From: an uncultured Candidatus Saccharibacteria bacterium
Lineage (GTDB): Bacteria; Patescibacteriota; Minisyncoccia; Phycocordibacterales; Phycocordibacteraceae
Reading direction: 5' to 3'
Assembly: GCA_964462415.1 (NCBI GenBank)
Contig: CAYWWP010000003.1
Location: 1 to 46,560, forward strand
Length of the DNA stretch: 46,560 nt
In this document: positions 9,799 through 17,893 of the stretch, piece after piece
Layout of the letters: each line of letters opens with the position of its first letter
Position numbering within the stretch: position 1 is the first letter of the stretch
Notes under the pieces: generated by a model
Database searches by the model: none
What the model was told of the DNA's origin: nothing
What the model saw: only the letters and a program-made list of their open reading frames with translations
Translations under genes and position numbers: made by a program

Positions 9799-10959
9799 AT
9801 GCCCCCGCGCCGAACGCTTGCTCTCGGTAACTTCTTTTCAGCCATACACTTCTATTTGATCGTGTATGTGATTGCGCCGTATCTCGCGACGTTTATGCCA
9901 GCGGACAAGACAGGTCTCGTGGTGGCACTTGGTGCCGTGGGTACGCTTGCTGCATTCCCTCTCATGCCCAAGCTTGCAGGCAGATACGGCGCCAAGCGCG
10001 CATCCATTGGTACTGCATTTGTAGTGGGCGTCGGGCTATTCATTCTTGCGAATCAGCCACCCTTCTGGCTTGCCGTCCTCGCGCTCGCGTTTGTCTGCGC
10101 GACATCGCCTTTCATTCAGTACTTCCTCGACCTACTCCTTGAGGCCACGAACGCTGCTGCCAGTGAGACGGGGCGCGTGCGCACCGCTTTTATCACTGCA
10201 GGCAACGTAGCACTTATTGCTGCACCCCTCCTTATCGGTTGGCTCCTTGATAGTGGAAATGAGTATTGGAGAGTATTTCTAGTGGCAGGCATAAGTCTCG
10301 CACCATTTATTGCGCTCTTTAGTATTGAAAAGCTGCCCGAGGGTATGCCTGCGGCCTCGCACCCAAAGCTGATAGATACCTGCAAGTGCATGGTGCAGGA
10401 TGTGGACTTGCGTGCAGCATCTTTTGGAAATCTGGTGCTTCAGCTCTTCTATCACCTAGCACCACTCTATATCCCACTCTACCTGCATAGCGTCCTTGGT
10501 ATTCCATGGTCCGAGCTCGGATGGATGTTCATGGTCATGCTGCTTCCATTTGTGCTGCTTGAGTACCCTGCAGGATACATAGCTGATCGCTGGCTTGGAG
10601 ATAAGGAGCTCCTCACCATTGGCTTTATTATTATTGGCGTTGCCTTTGGCGCGCTTGGATTTGTAACCAGCACAACACCGTTGTACGTCATTGTGCTTAT
10701 TTTGGTAACCTCTCGTATTGGCGCTGCATTAGTGGAAGCTATGGTCGAGGGACATTTCTTCCGCCGTGTATCTGCTGAAGACGTGAATACCGTAAGCGTG
10801 TACCGCATGGCGCGTCCGCTTTCTGCGCTTATTGCTCCCGTGACCGCAAGTATTGTACTTGTGATGACCGAGAGCTACTTTGTATTTTTTGTTACCTCTG
10901 CCTTGGTACTCATAGCACTCGGTGTGCTATCTGCTCGACAAGTACAAGACATTCGTTAG
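9799..10959 (+). CDS. MFS transporter
   Basis: 386 aa with about 12 predicted TM helices and an MFS-like loop pattern. TAGAAT -10 box lies 7 nt upstream of the ATG. Confidence 0.85.
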   Translation: MPPRRTLALGNFFSAIHFYLIVYVIAPYLATFMPADKTGLVVALGAVGTLAAFPLMPKLAGRYGAKRASIGTAFVVGVGLFILANQPPFWLAVLALAFVCATSPFIQYFLDLLLEATNAAASETGRVRTAFITAGNVALIAAPLLIGWLLDSGNEYWRVFLVAGISLAPFIALFSIEKLPEGMPAASHPKLIDTCKCMVQDVDLRAASFGNLVLQLFYHLAPLYIPLYLHSVLGIPWSELGWMFMVMLLPFVLLEYPAGYIADRWLGDKELLTIGFIIIGVAFGALGFVTSTTPLYVIVLILVTSRIGAALVEAMVEGHFFRRVSAEDVNTVSVYRMARPLSALIAPVTASIVLVMTESYFVFFVTSALVLIALGVLSARQVQDIR

Positions 10960-11765
10960 TGCGGTAAGTGGTACCGCGTGCCGGTGCGCTCTACCATACC
11001 CTCAGCATAGAGCTTATGCAGCTGTGCTTCCACCTGACTCTTTCTCTCTTCTCCAAGCACGTGCACCAACTTCTGCTTCGTGATCGCTCCTTGAGTAAGT
11101 GCACGTAGTAGTGCTCCGCGCGCTTCTCTGTCAGAACCCTTAAATGCTTTCTGCTTCGTATACCCCCGAGCTTGGCTGTTGCGCTTCACTCCAGAGCGTT
11201 TTAAGTGCGCACCATAGTCCATGAGTGCTGCATACCACTCACGCGCGCGACCCTTAGGGTACAGCCGCTCAAGTACTTCACGCACCTCTGCATCGCTCAC
11301 ACTATCTCGCTCTGGAAAGAAGTGGTGCAGTATCACCGTGCGGATATTAGTTTCTATAAAAATCCCATCTTCATTCCCTGAGAACGCTGCCACTGCGCCA
11401 GCGGTATAGGGACCCACTCCCGGAAGTGCTATCAAATGCGCACTATCGCTCGGCATCACCCCTCCATACTTCTCCACCACCGCTTGTGCAGCACTATGGA
11501 GCATACGTGCGCGCCTGTTATATCCGAGCCCCTGCCAGAGCACGAGCACATCAGCTAGTGGCGCTCGGGCGAGTGCATGCACATTAGGGAAACGTGTCAG
11601 AAACCGCTCATAGTACGGTATGACACGCTCCACCTGCGTCTGCTGCAGCATCACCTCCGAGACCAGAATCTTGTATGGATCGGTAGTGGTGCGCCACGGA
11701 AGCATATGTCGCCCCTCCTTCCTCCAGAAGCTCCAGACTATCTTCCTAAACTCTCCCGTCTTCAT
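10956..11765 (-). CDS. HhH-GPD base-excision glycosylase, MutY/adenine-glycosylase-like N-terminal domain, no Fe-S motif, no NUDIX-like C-domain
   Basis: PYKILVSEVMLQQTQV..., LGYNRRA, LPGVGPYTAGAV (HhH-GPD). The C-terminal third has no cysteines. Confidence 0.8.
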   Translation of the reverse strand: MKTGEFRKIVWSFWRKEGRHMLPWRTTTDPYKILVSEVMLQQTQVERVIPYYERFLTRFPNVHALARAPLADVLVLWQGLGYNRRARMLHSAAQAVVEKYGGVMPSDSAHLIALPGVGPYTAGAVAAFSGNEDGIFIETNIRTVILHHFFPERDSVSDAEVREVLERLYPKGRAREWYAALMDYGAHLKRSGVKRNSQARGYTKQKAFKGSDREARGALLRALTQGAITKQKLVHVLGEERKSQVEAQLHKLYAEGMVERTGTRYHLPH

Positions 11766-11767
11766 GT

Positions 11768-12460
11768 CTACAGCTCGTAGATTACGTCCTTATGCTCTAC
11801 CACAAGCTCCCAGAGCTTTTGTTTAGCGTGACGATACAGCACACGGTTTGGGTTAAACGCAATTGAGGTGTCAGTCAGATCAAGCATCGCAATATCAGAC
11901 TCCGTTGAACCAATGCCGTAGGAGCCATTGAGGGTGAGTCCATTCTTGCGAACAGCGCGCTGCAGGATTGCCCCTTTATTCATGATTAAATGTTCATCGG
12001 CAATCTCGCCAGTGAATCTGCTCGATGCACCAATTTCATAAAACACGCCATACGATTTATCGAACCCTAATTCATACGCAAATCCGTCCACCATGAACTT
12101 AGGCGAGTACGATATCGCGAGCAAGAAATAGTCTTTCTTCTTAAGCTCCTGTATGAGGTCACGCGTGTAGTGATATGTTCTCTCGAGATTACGCTCTATG
12201 ATTTCTCCTCCAATATCTGCTATCTCTCCATACGGAAGACCCTTTGCATGAGTAGCAAATGCATCTATTACTTTCCGTATGAATGGCCCGTACTCGCCGC
12301 GCTTGTTCTGCAGCTCTCCTTCCGTGCCCTGATAGAGCTTACGGACTGACTTCGGAAACATCCCCCGCTCTACGAGCTCGTCCACAAGCTCCACAAGAAG
12401 CGATGAACGGAAGAGTGAGCCATCTATATCTATGACCGCAACCGGGCGCTTCTTATCCAT
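11768..12460 (-). CDS. HAD-superfamily (HAD-IB-like) hydrolase
   Basis: Motif I VAVIDIDGSLF. Start moved from the tracked TTG to the first ATG (MDKKRP...) because a terminator hairpin overlaps the TTG. Confidence 0.75.
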   Translation of the reverse strand: MDKKRPVAVIDIDGSLFRSSLLVELVDELVERGMFPKSVRKLYQGTEGELQNKRGEYGPFIRKVIDAFATHAKGLPYGEIADIGGEIIERNLERTYHYTRDLIQELKKKDYFLLAISYSPKFMVDGFAYELGFDKSYGVFYEIGASSRFTGEIADEHLIMNKGAILQRAVRKNGLTLNGSYGIGSTESDIAMLDLTDTSIAFNPNRVLYRHAKQKLWELVVEHKDVIYEL

Positions 12461-12496
12461 AGAACCATGGTACTCCTTTTGTACGGAAAGCAAAAA

Positions 12497-12512
12497 GACG
12501 TCCGAAGACGCC
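12497..12512 (-). terminator. UUCG-tetraloop hairpin plus T-run (minus strand)
   Basis: On the minus strand it reads GGCGTC-TTCG-GACGTC-TTTTTG, ending the nth / downstream-RNA transcript. Confidence 0.5.
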
Positions 12513-12527
12513 TTTAAAAAGTGCGGT

Positions 12528-12699
12528 GGTGACCCTGGCGGTGGCGGGTATGGGAGTAGTATGTATGGCAGAGCAACGGAATCGTCGCGACGTGCGCCCT
12601 TGGGGCGTTAGATTTCCGGCGTGGAGCCCGGAACCACATGCTCAGAAAGTTGTTGCCACTATCCCGCGAGCTGTCTCGCCCGCCTATGCCAGGGTCACC
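12528..12699 (-). ncRNA. candidate structured RNA, class unknown and strand uncertain (minus favoured by the terminator)
   Basis: 12-bp perfect closing helix ggtgaccctggc (12528-12539) / gccagggtcacc (12688-12699). It is extended by ggcggg/cccgcc, gggaGtagt/actatccc, ggca/tgcc and caac/gttg, with internal hairpins. The spacer is 270 nt, has no credible ORF, and lies in an otherwise tightly packed genome. Confidence 0.35.
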
Positions 12700-12764
12700 T
12701 GGGTTGAACCGAATTGGAACCCCCACAGAGGACCTTACACCTGTCTCCTGACGCAGTCAACACA

Positions 12765-13445
12765 CTACTTCGCCTTAGGCCAGCGAAGCGCTGCAGGCGG
12801 CCATATCCGGGTAAGCGGGTGCTCGGTGCAGTCGTGCGGTGTTGCCTTGCACACATACCGCCCATAGAGCACCAGGCCATTGTTTACGTACTTCCAGTCC
12901 CTCTTAGGGACAAGTGCCTCGAGATCCTTTGAAATGCGCTTCAGTTGTCTGTTGTCTGTCAGATCAAACCGTATGGCGAATCGCCGCACGTGAGTGTCGG
13001 TCGGAATACCCTCCCAGATATCGTAAAGCTCACCGAGCACGACATGCGCAGTCTTATACGCCACTCCTGGTAGCTGTATGAGCTCGTGCTCGGTGCGCGG
13101 CACCTCTCCATTAAACGCATCAAGAATTTTCCGCGCACTACCTATCAGGTAGCGTGCCTTTGATTGAAAATACGTAATGGAGGAAATGAGTCCCATCAAC
13201 TCCGACGGCTCAGCCTCCGCAAACGCGCGCACACTGGGATAGCGCGCAAAGAGTACTGGTGTAATCGCATTCACTTTCTTGTCGGTACATTGTGCAGAGA
13301 GAATAACCGCTGCCAGAAGTTCAAATGGCGTAGTGTACACCAGCTCCGACTTAGGAGCCGGATAGGTTTTCTTTAGATATGCGAGTATCTTGCGCGCCCG
13401 CTGCTTTCGCTCTGCGAACTTCTCGAGAGTATCTACCTTAGGCAT
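12765..13445 (-). CDS. nth: endonuclease III-like HhH-GPD glycosylase with a degenerate Fe-S cluster loop
   Basis: Nth core (LLAAVILSAQCTDKKVN, LPGVAYKTAHVVLG, and an Asp in the GPD region). The C-terminal motif is C-X6-C-X2-H-X5-W instead of C-X6-C-X2-C-X5-C. Confidence 0.85.
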   Translation of the reverse strand: MPKVDTLEKFAERKQRARKILAYLKKTYPAPKSELVYTTPFELLAAVILSAQCTDKKVNAITPVLFARYPSVRAFAEAEPSELMGLISSITYFQSKARYLIGSARKILDAFNGEVPRTEHELIQLPGVAYKTAHVVLGELYDIWEGIPTDTHVRRFAIRFDLTDNRQLKRISKDLEALVPKRDWKYVNNGLVLYGRYVCKATPHDCTEHPLTRIWPPAALRWPKAK

Positions 13446-13905
13446 GTGCCCGAATATCAGCGAGCACCTGTGCCGCGTGCTCAGCAGGCTTTACGTTTTC
13501 GTATACCTTCGCAATAGTGCCATCGGGCGCAATGAGAAATGATGTGCGGAAGATACCATCATACTCTCGGCCCATCATCTTCTTTTTACCCCATACTCCA
13601 TATGCGGTAACCATCTTCTTCTCCGTATCAGCAAGCAAGGTGAACGGAAGACGGTGCTTCTCTGCAAATTTCTTGTGACTCTCCACGGAGTCCGCTGATA
13701 TACCAAATACCACAGCATCAAGCGCGCCGAAATCAGGAAAAGCATCGCGCAATGTTTGCGCCTCTACCGTACAACCAGGGGTCGCATCCTTCGGGTAAAA
13801 ATACAGAAGCGCCCATTTTCCCCGCACTTCATCGAGCGTGTGCACCACACCATCCTGATCAGGAAGAGAGAACGCTGGTGCATGGGATCCAATAGTCGGC
13901 ATCAT
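13438..13905 (-). CDS. bcp: thioredoxin-dependent peroxiredoxin (Bcp/PrxQ type)
   Basis: FYPKDATPGCT active-site motif, 155 aa. Overlaps the nth start by 8 nt. Confidence 0.9.
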   Translation of the reverse strand: MMPTIGSHAPAFSLPDQDGVVHTLDEVRGKWALLYFYPKDATPGCTVEAQTLRDAFPDFGALDAVVFGISADSVESHKKFAEKHRLPFTLLADTEKKMVTAYGVWGKKKMMGREYDGIFRTSFLIAPDGTIAKVYENVKPAEHAAQVLADIRAHA

Positions 13906-13913
13906 ACGTATGT

Positions 13914-15083
13914 TTAAGTTACATCGCTATCTGAAGAGAACTCTTCCCTTCCACGCATAAAGGCTGCCCGGTAGGCAATAGCAACAAGAGCTCCCGCTGA
14001 TGCGGTGGTGAGAAATGCTACCACCAGAAAGCCAAGTACCGGAACGACACCCACCACATAGAGTGTGAGTGCACCGAGTACTGCTGTACGCCACGTAATG
14101 TACTCCTTCTTAAAGAGCGCGTGTGCGAGCGTAGCGCCTGCAACTATTCCTGCGTATACATACGCCAACATACACAGGAGCGCATACAGTGCCGCAAGCA
14201 TGAGCGCAAGCATAGCGCCCACAAATGACGCAAGAAGAAGCACAATGAGTACTGGTGTCGCGACTAGCACCGCAAAGCCGAGGAGCGCGTAGAGTACCGT
14301 CCGTCGTACAGACGTGCGCGTCACCCGGTGAGTTGCGTCTCGTGCGACACCCGGGAAGAGACCCGCGACCAATCCGGTAGCGAGTACGATTGTTAGAATG
14401 CGTACGATAATAAATACTCCTGCTCCTGCAATGGCGAAGCGTTTTGCCTCTTCATTCGTCGGAAGGAATGAAGAGGAACCCGTGTACGTTACGCCCTGTG
14501 CGATGGTAGCGGTAGGTGGAACCACTACCTGCTGAGGAGCGTCGTAGCGCAGGCTACCCAATATCTTAGTGCCGTCTGCAATAAACAACTTATCAGACGC
14601 AAACACCTCTACGTCTCCCGGAATTACCCCCGACAGATAAATATCAGCGCCATACGCCTTTACCTTTCCTCCTGAGCCTGCAATGCGCACCGTGGCACCA
14701 GCAAGGTGCATGTCTTTTGCACTTGTGGATGCGGTAATGGATGCGCCTACAGCCATCAAATCTCCTCCTACGGTGCTGTCTACTAGAATGTCAGCGCCTG
14801 CTACACGCACATCACCTGCAACCGGTTTGCGTACATCTACACGCGCACCAGCCAGAAGCGCATCTCCACCCACCGGTGCAAGCACCGTGAGCGTACCGCC
14901 CGCAGCAACAAGGTCTGCGGCAAGTGGGGCTGCAACTGAGACATCACTCCCTGCCAAGTATGCGTTTTCGCTAATCGGCTCAGAGACTACAAGCGAGCGC
15001 ATGCTGTGCAACTCTGCTGCGTACACGCTTACCGGCGCAAGCAGTGTGAGGGAGAGAACTGCAGCGAGAAGTGAGCGGGTCAT
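13914..15083 (-). CDS. signal-peptide protein with a bactofilin-like beta-helix repeat domain fused to a polytopic membrane domain
   Basis: Start moved to MTRSLLAAVLSLTLLAPVSVYA (signal-peptide-like). There are repeated (V/I)xGD(V/L)x(V/A)xG units over about 170 aa, then about 5 TM helices. Confidence 0.7.
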   Translation of the reverse strand: MTRSLLAAVLSLTLLAPVSVYAAELHSMRSLVVSEPISENAYLAGSDVSVAAPLAADLVAAGGTLTVLAPVGGDALLAGARVDVRKPVAGDVRVAGADILVDSTVGGDLMAVGASITASTSAKDMHLAGATVRIAGSGGKVKAYGADIYLSGVIPGDVEVFASDKLFIADGTKILGSLRYDAPQQVVVPPTATIAQGVTYTGSSSFLPTNEEAKRFAIAGAGVFIIVRILTIVLATGLVAGLFPGVARDATHRVTRTSVRRTVLYALLGFAVLVATPVLIVLLLASFVGAMLALMLAALYALLCMLAYVYAGIVAGATLAHALFKKEYITWRTAVLGALTLYVVGVVPVLGFLVVAFLTTASAGALVAIAYRAAFMRGREEFSSDSDVT

Positions 15084-15093
15084 GGAAGAACTA

Positions 15094-15552
15094 TTAGTGA
15101 GCTTCTGGTGCTGCTGTGCGGTGCGCGCGCCACGTGCGAAGCAAATCGCGCGCGACAAACCACGACATAAAGGAAGCAACCGCTGAAGCGATACAGTAGA
15201 TACACAGTGCCTTTATAAATACGAACTGCAGAAGTAAGAAGCCTATAGACGCAAGTGCGCCAACCGTAGCGAGCCAGTAGATGGCACGATCAAGTAGGTG
15301 ATGTTTGAACACAAACAGAAGCCCTGCAGCGACAAACATGAGTGAGTAGAACAGCACACCGAATGCCGCCAGCGGTACTCCCATAATCTTGGAATAGGCA
15401 CTCTTCGCGACAATATTGCAGCCATCAAGCACCGCCCCAAGGTCGCACGAGAGCGCCGTGTCTGTCAGTGCGCTTGCGGTGAGATACCACGCATCGGCAA
15501 TACCGAAAAATGCGAGCAGAATAAGGAGGACAGTAAGCGATGTGCGGTTCAT
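15094..15552 (-). CDS. vitamin K epoxide reductase (VKOR) family membrane oxidoreductase
   Basis: About 4-5 TM helices, a loop Cys pair (CDLGAVLDGC) and a CIYC motif in the last helix region. Confidence 0.8.
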   Translation of the reverse strand: MNRTSLTVLLILLAFFGIADAWYLTASALTDTALSCDLGAVLDGCNIVAKSAYSKIMGVPLAAFGVLFYSLMFVAAGLLFVFKHHLLDRAIYWLATVGALASIGFLLLQFVFIKALCIYCIASAVASFMSWFVARDLLRTWRAHRTAAPEAH

Positions 15553-15560
15553 TACCCTAA

Positions 15561-15601
15561 ATCGTACCGCGGGGCGTAGGGGGCCGCAATGGTGATAGTA
15601 T
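15561..15601. promoter_or_regulatory. back-to-back -10 boxes for divergent VKOR and msrB (apparently leaderless)
   Basis: TACGAT (minus, 15561-15566) lies 8 nt from the VKOR ATG. TGaTAGTAT (plus, 15593-15601) lies 6 nt from the msrB ATG. Neither gene has an SD. Confidence 0.45.
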
Positions 15602-15607
15602 TAGCCT

Positions 15608-16006
15608 ATGGAACCTACAGAAATCAATGAGGAGGCACTTAAGGAGCGTCTCTCACCCGAGGAGTACGCTATTTTGCGCCAGTCTGCTACTGAAGCCCCA
15701 TTTTCTGGTCTCTACGTCGACAACCACGACCAGGGCGTCTATCGCTGTAAAGTGTGCGGGAACGCGCTATTTTCCTCGGATGCCAAATTTGACTCAGGTT
15801 CTGGATGGCCGTCATTTACTGATCCGCTCATTGCTGAGAATGTAGGCACACGCACTGACGACTCCCATGGCATGCACCGTACCGAGGTATTCTGCAAACA
15901 CTGCGGCAGTCACCTGGGACACGTCTTCGATGACGGACCTCAAGAAGCCGGCGGTAAGCGCTACTGCATAAATTCCCTTTCTCTCACCTTCGACGCTGAG
16001 ACATAA
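15608..16006 (+). CDS. msrB: peptide-methionine (R)-S-oxide reductase MsrB
   Basis: Two CxxC zinc motifs (CKVCGN, CKHCGSHLGHVF) and the catalytic RYCINS. Confidence 0.93.
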   Translation: MEPTEINEEALKERLSPEEYAILRQSATEAPFSGLYVDNHDQGVYRCKVCGNALFSSDAKFDSGSGWPSFTDPLIAENVGTRTDDSHGMHRTEVFCKHCGSHLGHVFDDGPQEAGGKRYCINSLSLTFDAET

Positions 16007-16012
16007 CACTAA

Positions 16013-16040
16013 AGAAGGCTCCGCGAATTCGGAGCCTTCT
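16013..16040. terminator. bidirectional terminator between msrB and gcrA
   Basis: Perfect palindrome agaaggctccg-cgaatt-cggagccttct. Confidence 0.7.
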
Positions 16041-16050
16041 GCGTATGGGT

Positions 16051-16578
16051 TTATATATACCGTCGAAGCGAGCGAGCGAGCTCAGTAGCGCCGCTTTTCT
16101 TCTTCGACTGCGTCGGCTGATAGGCCACTCGTGCGTGCTCGAGGCAGTAGGGTCCTTCCCCCTGCTTGCGACCACAGAAGGTGAAGCCTTCCCGTTCAGG
16201 GTCCCCGATGGGCCACTTGCACATGTGCGCACCAAGCGTGAGCACCGTGGCCGACCCCGGTTCCTCCTCGTACCGGGATACCGGCAGCGGCGCAGGAGCA
16301 GCTTTTACGGGAACCGAAGCCGATGGAGCCTCGACGGGAGTCACGCGTCTTGGAGCAGACGGCATGGCGTGCGCAGCCGGCCGCGTGGGTCGGGGCGCCC
16401 TAAAGACGGGACGTGCCGGCTTCGACGGAGCCGCGCGACCGGAGAGCCCGAGTCGATGCACCTTGCCGATAACAGCATTGCGCGACACCCCTCCGAGCTG
16501 CTTGGCGATTTGACTTGCCGACAGGCCATCTTGCCAAAGCTTCTTCAGTGAGTCTACACGTTCGTCAGTCCAGCTCAT
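16051..16578 (-). CDS. gcrA: GcrA-family cell-cycle regulator homologue
   Basis: N-terminus MSWTDERV..LKKLWQDGLSASQIAKQLGGVSRNAVIGKVHRLGL, a Pro/Ala-rich linker, and C-terminus CKWPIGDP..EGFTFCG...GPYCLEHARVAYQP. Start set at the ATG 5 nt after AAGGAGG. Confidence 0.85.
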   Translation of the reverse strand: MSWTDERVDSLKKLWQDGLSASQIAKQLGGVSRNAVIGKVHRLGLSGRAAPSKPARPVFRAPRPTRPAAHAMPSAPRRVTPVEAPSASVPVKAAPAPLPVSRYEEEPGSATVLTLGAHMCKWPIGDPEREGFTFCGRKQGEGPYCLEHARVAYQPTQSKKKSGATELARSLRRYI

Positions 16579-16722
16579 CACTTCCTCCTTTCAAATGGTG
16601 TCCGCTATGGACGGGAACGATGGAAACTATAAAGATCTGACGCACTAGTACTCTGCCTGGAGTATACCCCTACGGCGACATCTACTATCAACATCGTGAC
16701 AGGCGCGTATTCTGTGTCGCAA

Positions 16723-17151
16723 TTATATGAGATGCGAATACTTCTCTAGAAAATGCGGAAATTGAGAATGCTGTGGTTGCGGGAAATCCGCAAGCGCAAA
16801 CCATCGTACCTCGTCCATCTTGTGCGGTTCTGCATTATGCGCCTTTGCTCTATCGATATGCACACGATAATCCAGCGCTATCCAGTGCGTAGGTGTTCCT
16901 TCGTGCATACGATGCACGTCGCGGTAGCCCATGAATTCATACCCGAGCACATCAGTGCCGTACTCTTCAGCTATTTCGCGAACCAGGGTTTGCTCAACGG
17001 TCTCTCCAAATTCAAGACCACCTGCACCGGGGTCCCACGTACCCTGCTCATCTCTACAATTAGGACCTCGCTTAGCAAGTAGATATTCGCCGTTACCATC
17101 GTGACAGAAGAACACTACCGTTACTCCCGTGTAGTCTTCTCCCTTTTTCAT
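16723..17151 (-). CDS. NUDIX hydrolase
   Basis: Nudix box GGLEFGETVEQTLVREIAEEYG. Confidence 0.88.
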   Translation of the reverse strand: MKKGEDYTGVTVVFFCHDGNGEYLLAKRGPNCRDEQGTWDPGAGGLEFGETVEQTLVREIAEEYGTDVLGYEFMGYRDVHRMHEGTPTHWIALDYRVHIDRAKAHNAEPHKMDEVRWFALADFPQPQHSQFPHFLEKYSHLI

Positions 17152-17153
17152 AG

Positions 17154-17882
17154 TTACCGAAGTTCAAAGATGGATCGCACAGAGACCATTACCACCTTCT
17201 TCATTGAAGAGGTATCGTACTGCCCGTAATCAGATACATCTATAGAATTTGGTGCGAGAATCTGCACCACTCCTGACGACGATGAGCGTAGCTTGCCCAC
17301 ATGCTGTCCTCCTTCCTTTGCGATAGCTTCTGCACGTGCCTTTGAATCTTTGATTGCCTCAGATAGTAGGGACACGCGCAGGTCAGCAAGCTTAGTGTAG
17401 TAATACTCTGGCATGTTTGCCTGTACAATTACCCCCTTAGCTGAAAGTCCTGATGAGAGGTTTGCGGCAAGCGCACTGATGGCATCAACACGCGTTGAAT
17501 TAATCGTAATGGCACGCGTTACCTGGTATCGCGTCGCTTGCGAGCCATTTGGCTCATACATCTGATTGGTCATTACTGGATCCACCGTAATTTCTGCCTC
17601 CGGAATCTCCTGAGCAGCCAAGTACGCGCGCACTGACGCCAGGTCTGTATCGAGGCGTGCCGTTCCCTGCGCAAGCTCGGCTACCGGTACCACACGCGTG
17701 ATGGTGAATGAAAACTTTACTGAATCAGATACTACTTCTGATTTTGCTGAGCCCGTTACCGAGAGCGTATTGTCGAGCGCACGCACCGCAAAGACTGCCC
17801 ATGCACCAATGGCAGTGGCGACAATAAGTGCTGCTCCCAAAATGAAACCGAACGGAATGAAGGGATTAGATGATGACTGCAT
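17154..17882 (-). CDS. SIMPL/DUF541 domain protein, N-terminally anchored
   Basis: N-terminal TM segment plus a SIMPL-like pattern (..VTGSA...V.PD......V......A.EA...N). 242 aa. Confidence 0.75.
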   Translation of the reverse strand: MQSSSNPFIPFGFILGAALIVATAIGAWAVFAVRALDNTLSVTGSAKSEVVSDSVKFSFTITRVVPVAELAQGTARLDTDLASVRAYLAAQEIPEAEITVDPVMTNQMYEPNGSQATRYQVTRAITINSTRVDAISALAANLSSGLSAKGVIVQANMPEYYYTKLADLRVSLLSEAIKDSKARAEAIAKEGGQHVGKLRSSSSGVVQILAPNSIDVSDYGQYDTSSMKKVVMVSVRSIFELR

Positions 17883-17893
17883 AGGTATGACTA

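Noticed and set aside
12495-12764. Assigning the structured spacer to SRP RNA, RNase P RNA or tmRNA
   Set aside because: I could not find the SRP helix-8 signature (GGAA tetraloop with AGCAGC), the RNase P P4 strands (GGAAAGUCC / ACAGAAA), or a tmRNA tag ORF with a tRNA-like end. The class is left open pending a covariance-model search.
12514-12932. Tracked ORFs of 61-113 aa in several frames across the nth 3' end and spacer
   Set aside because: They overlap each other and the nth gene. They lack both an SD and a proximal -10 box, and their products are Arg/Pro/Gly-rich frame-shadow translations of G+C-rich DNA.
16051-16578. Calling gcrA a very recent transfer from a high-GC alphaproteobacterium on composition alone
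   Set aside because: My manual codon read shows only moderate G/C preference at third positions. The high overall G+C comes mainly from the Pro/Ala/Arg linker. The foreign-origin argument therefore rests on taxonomic distribution and the atypical SD, not on composition.
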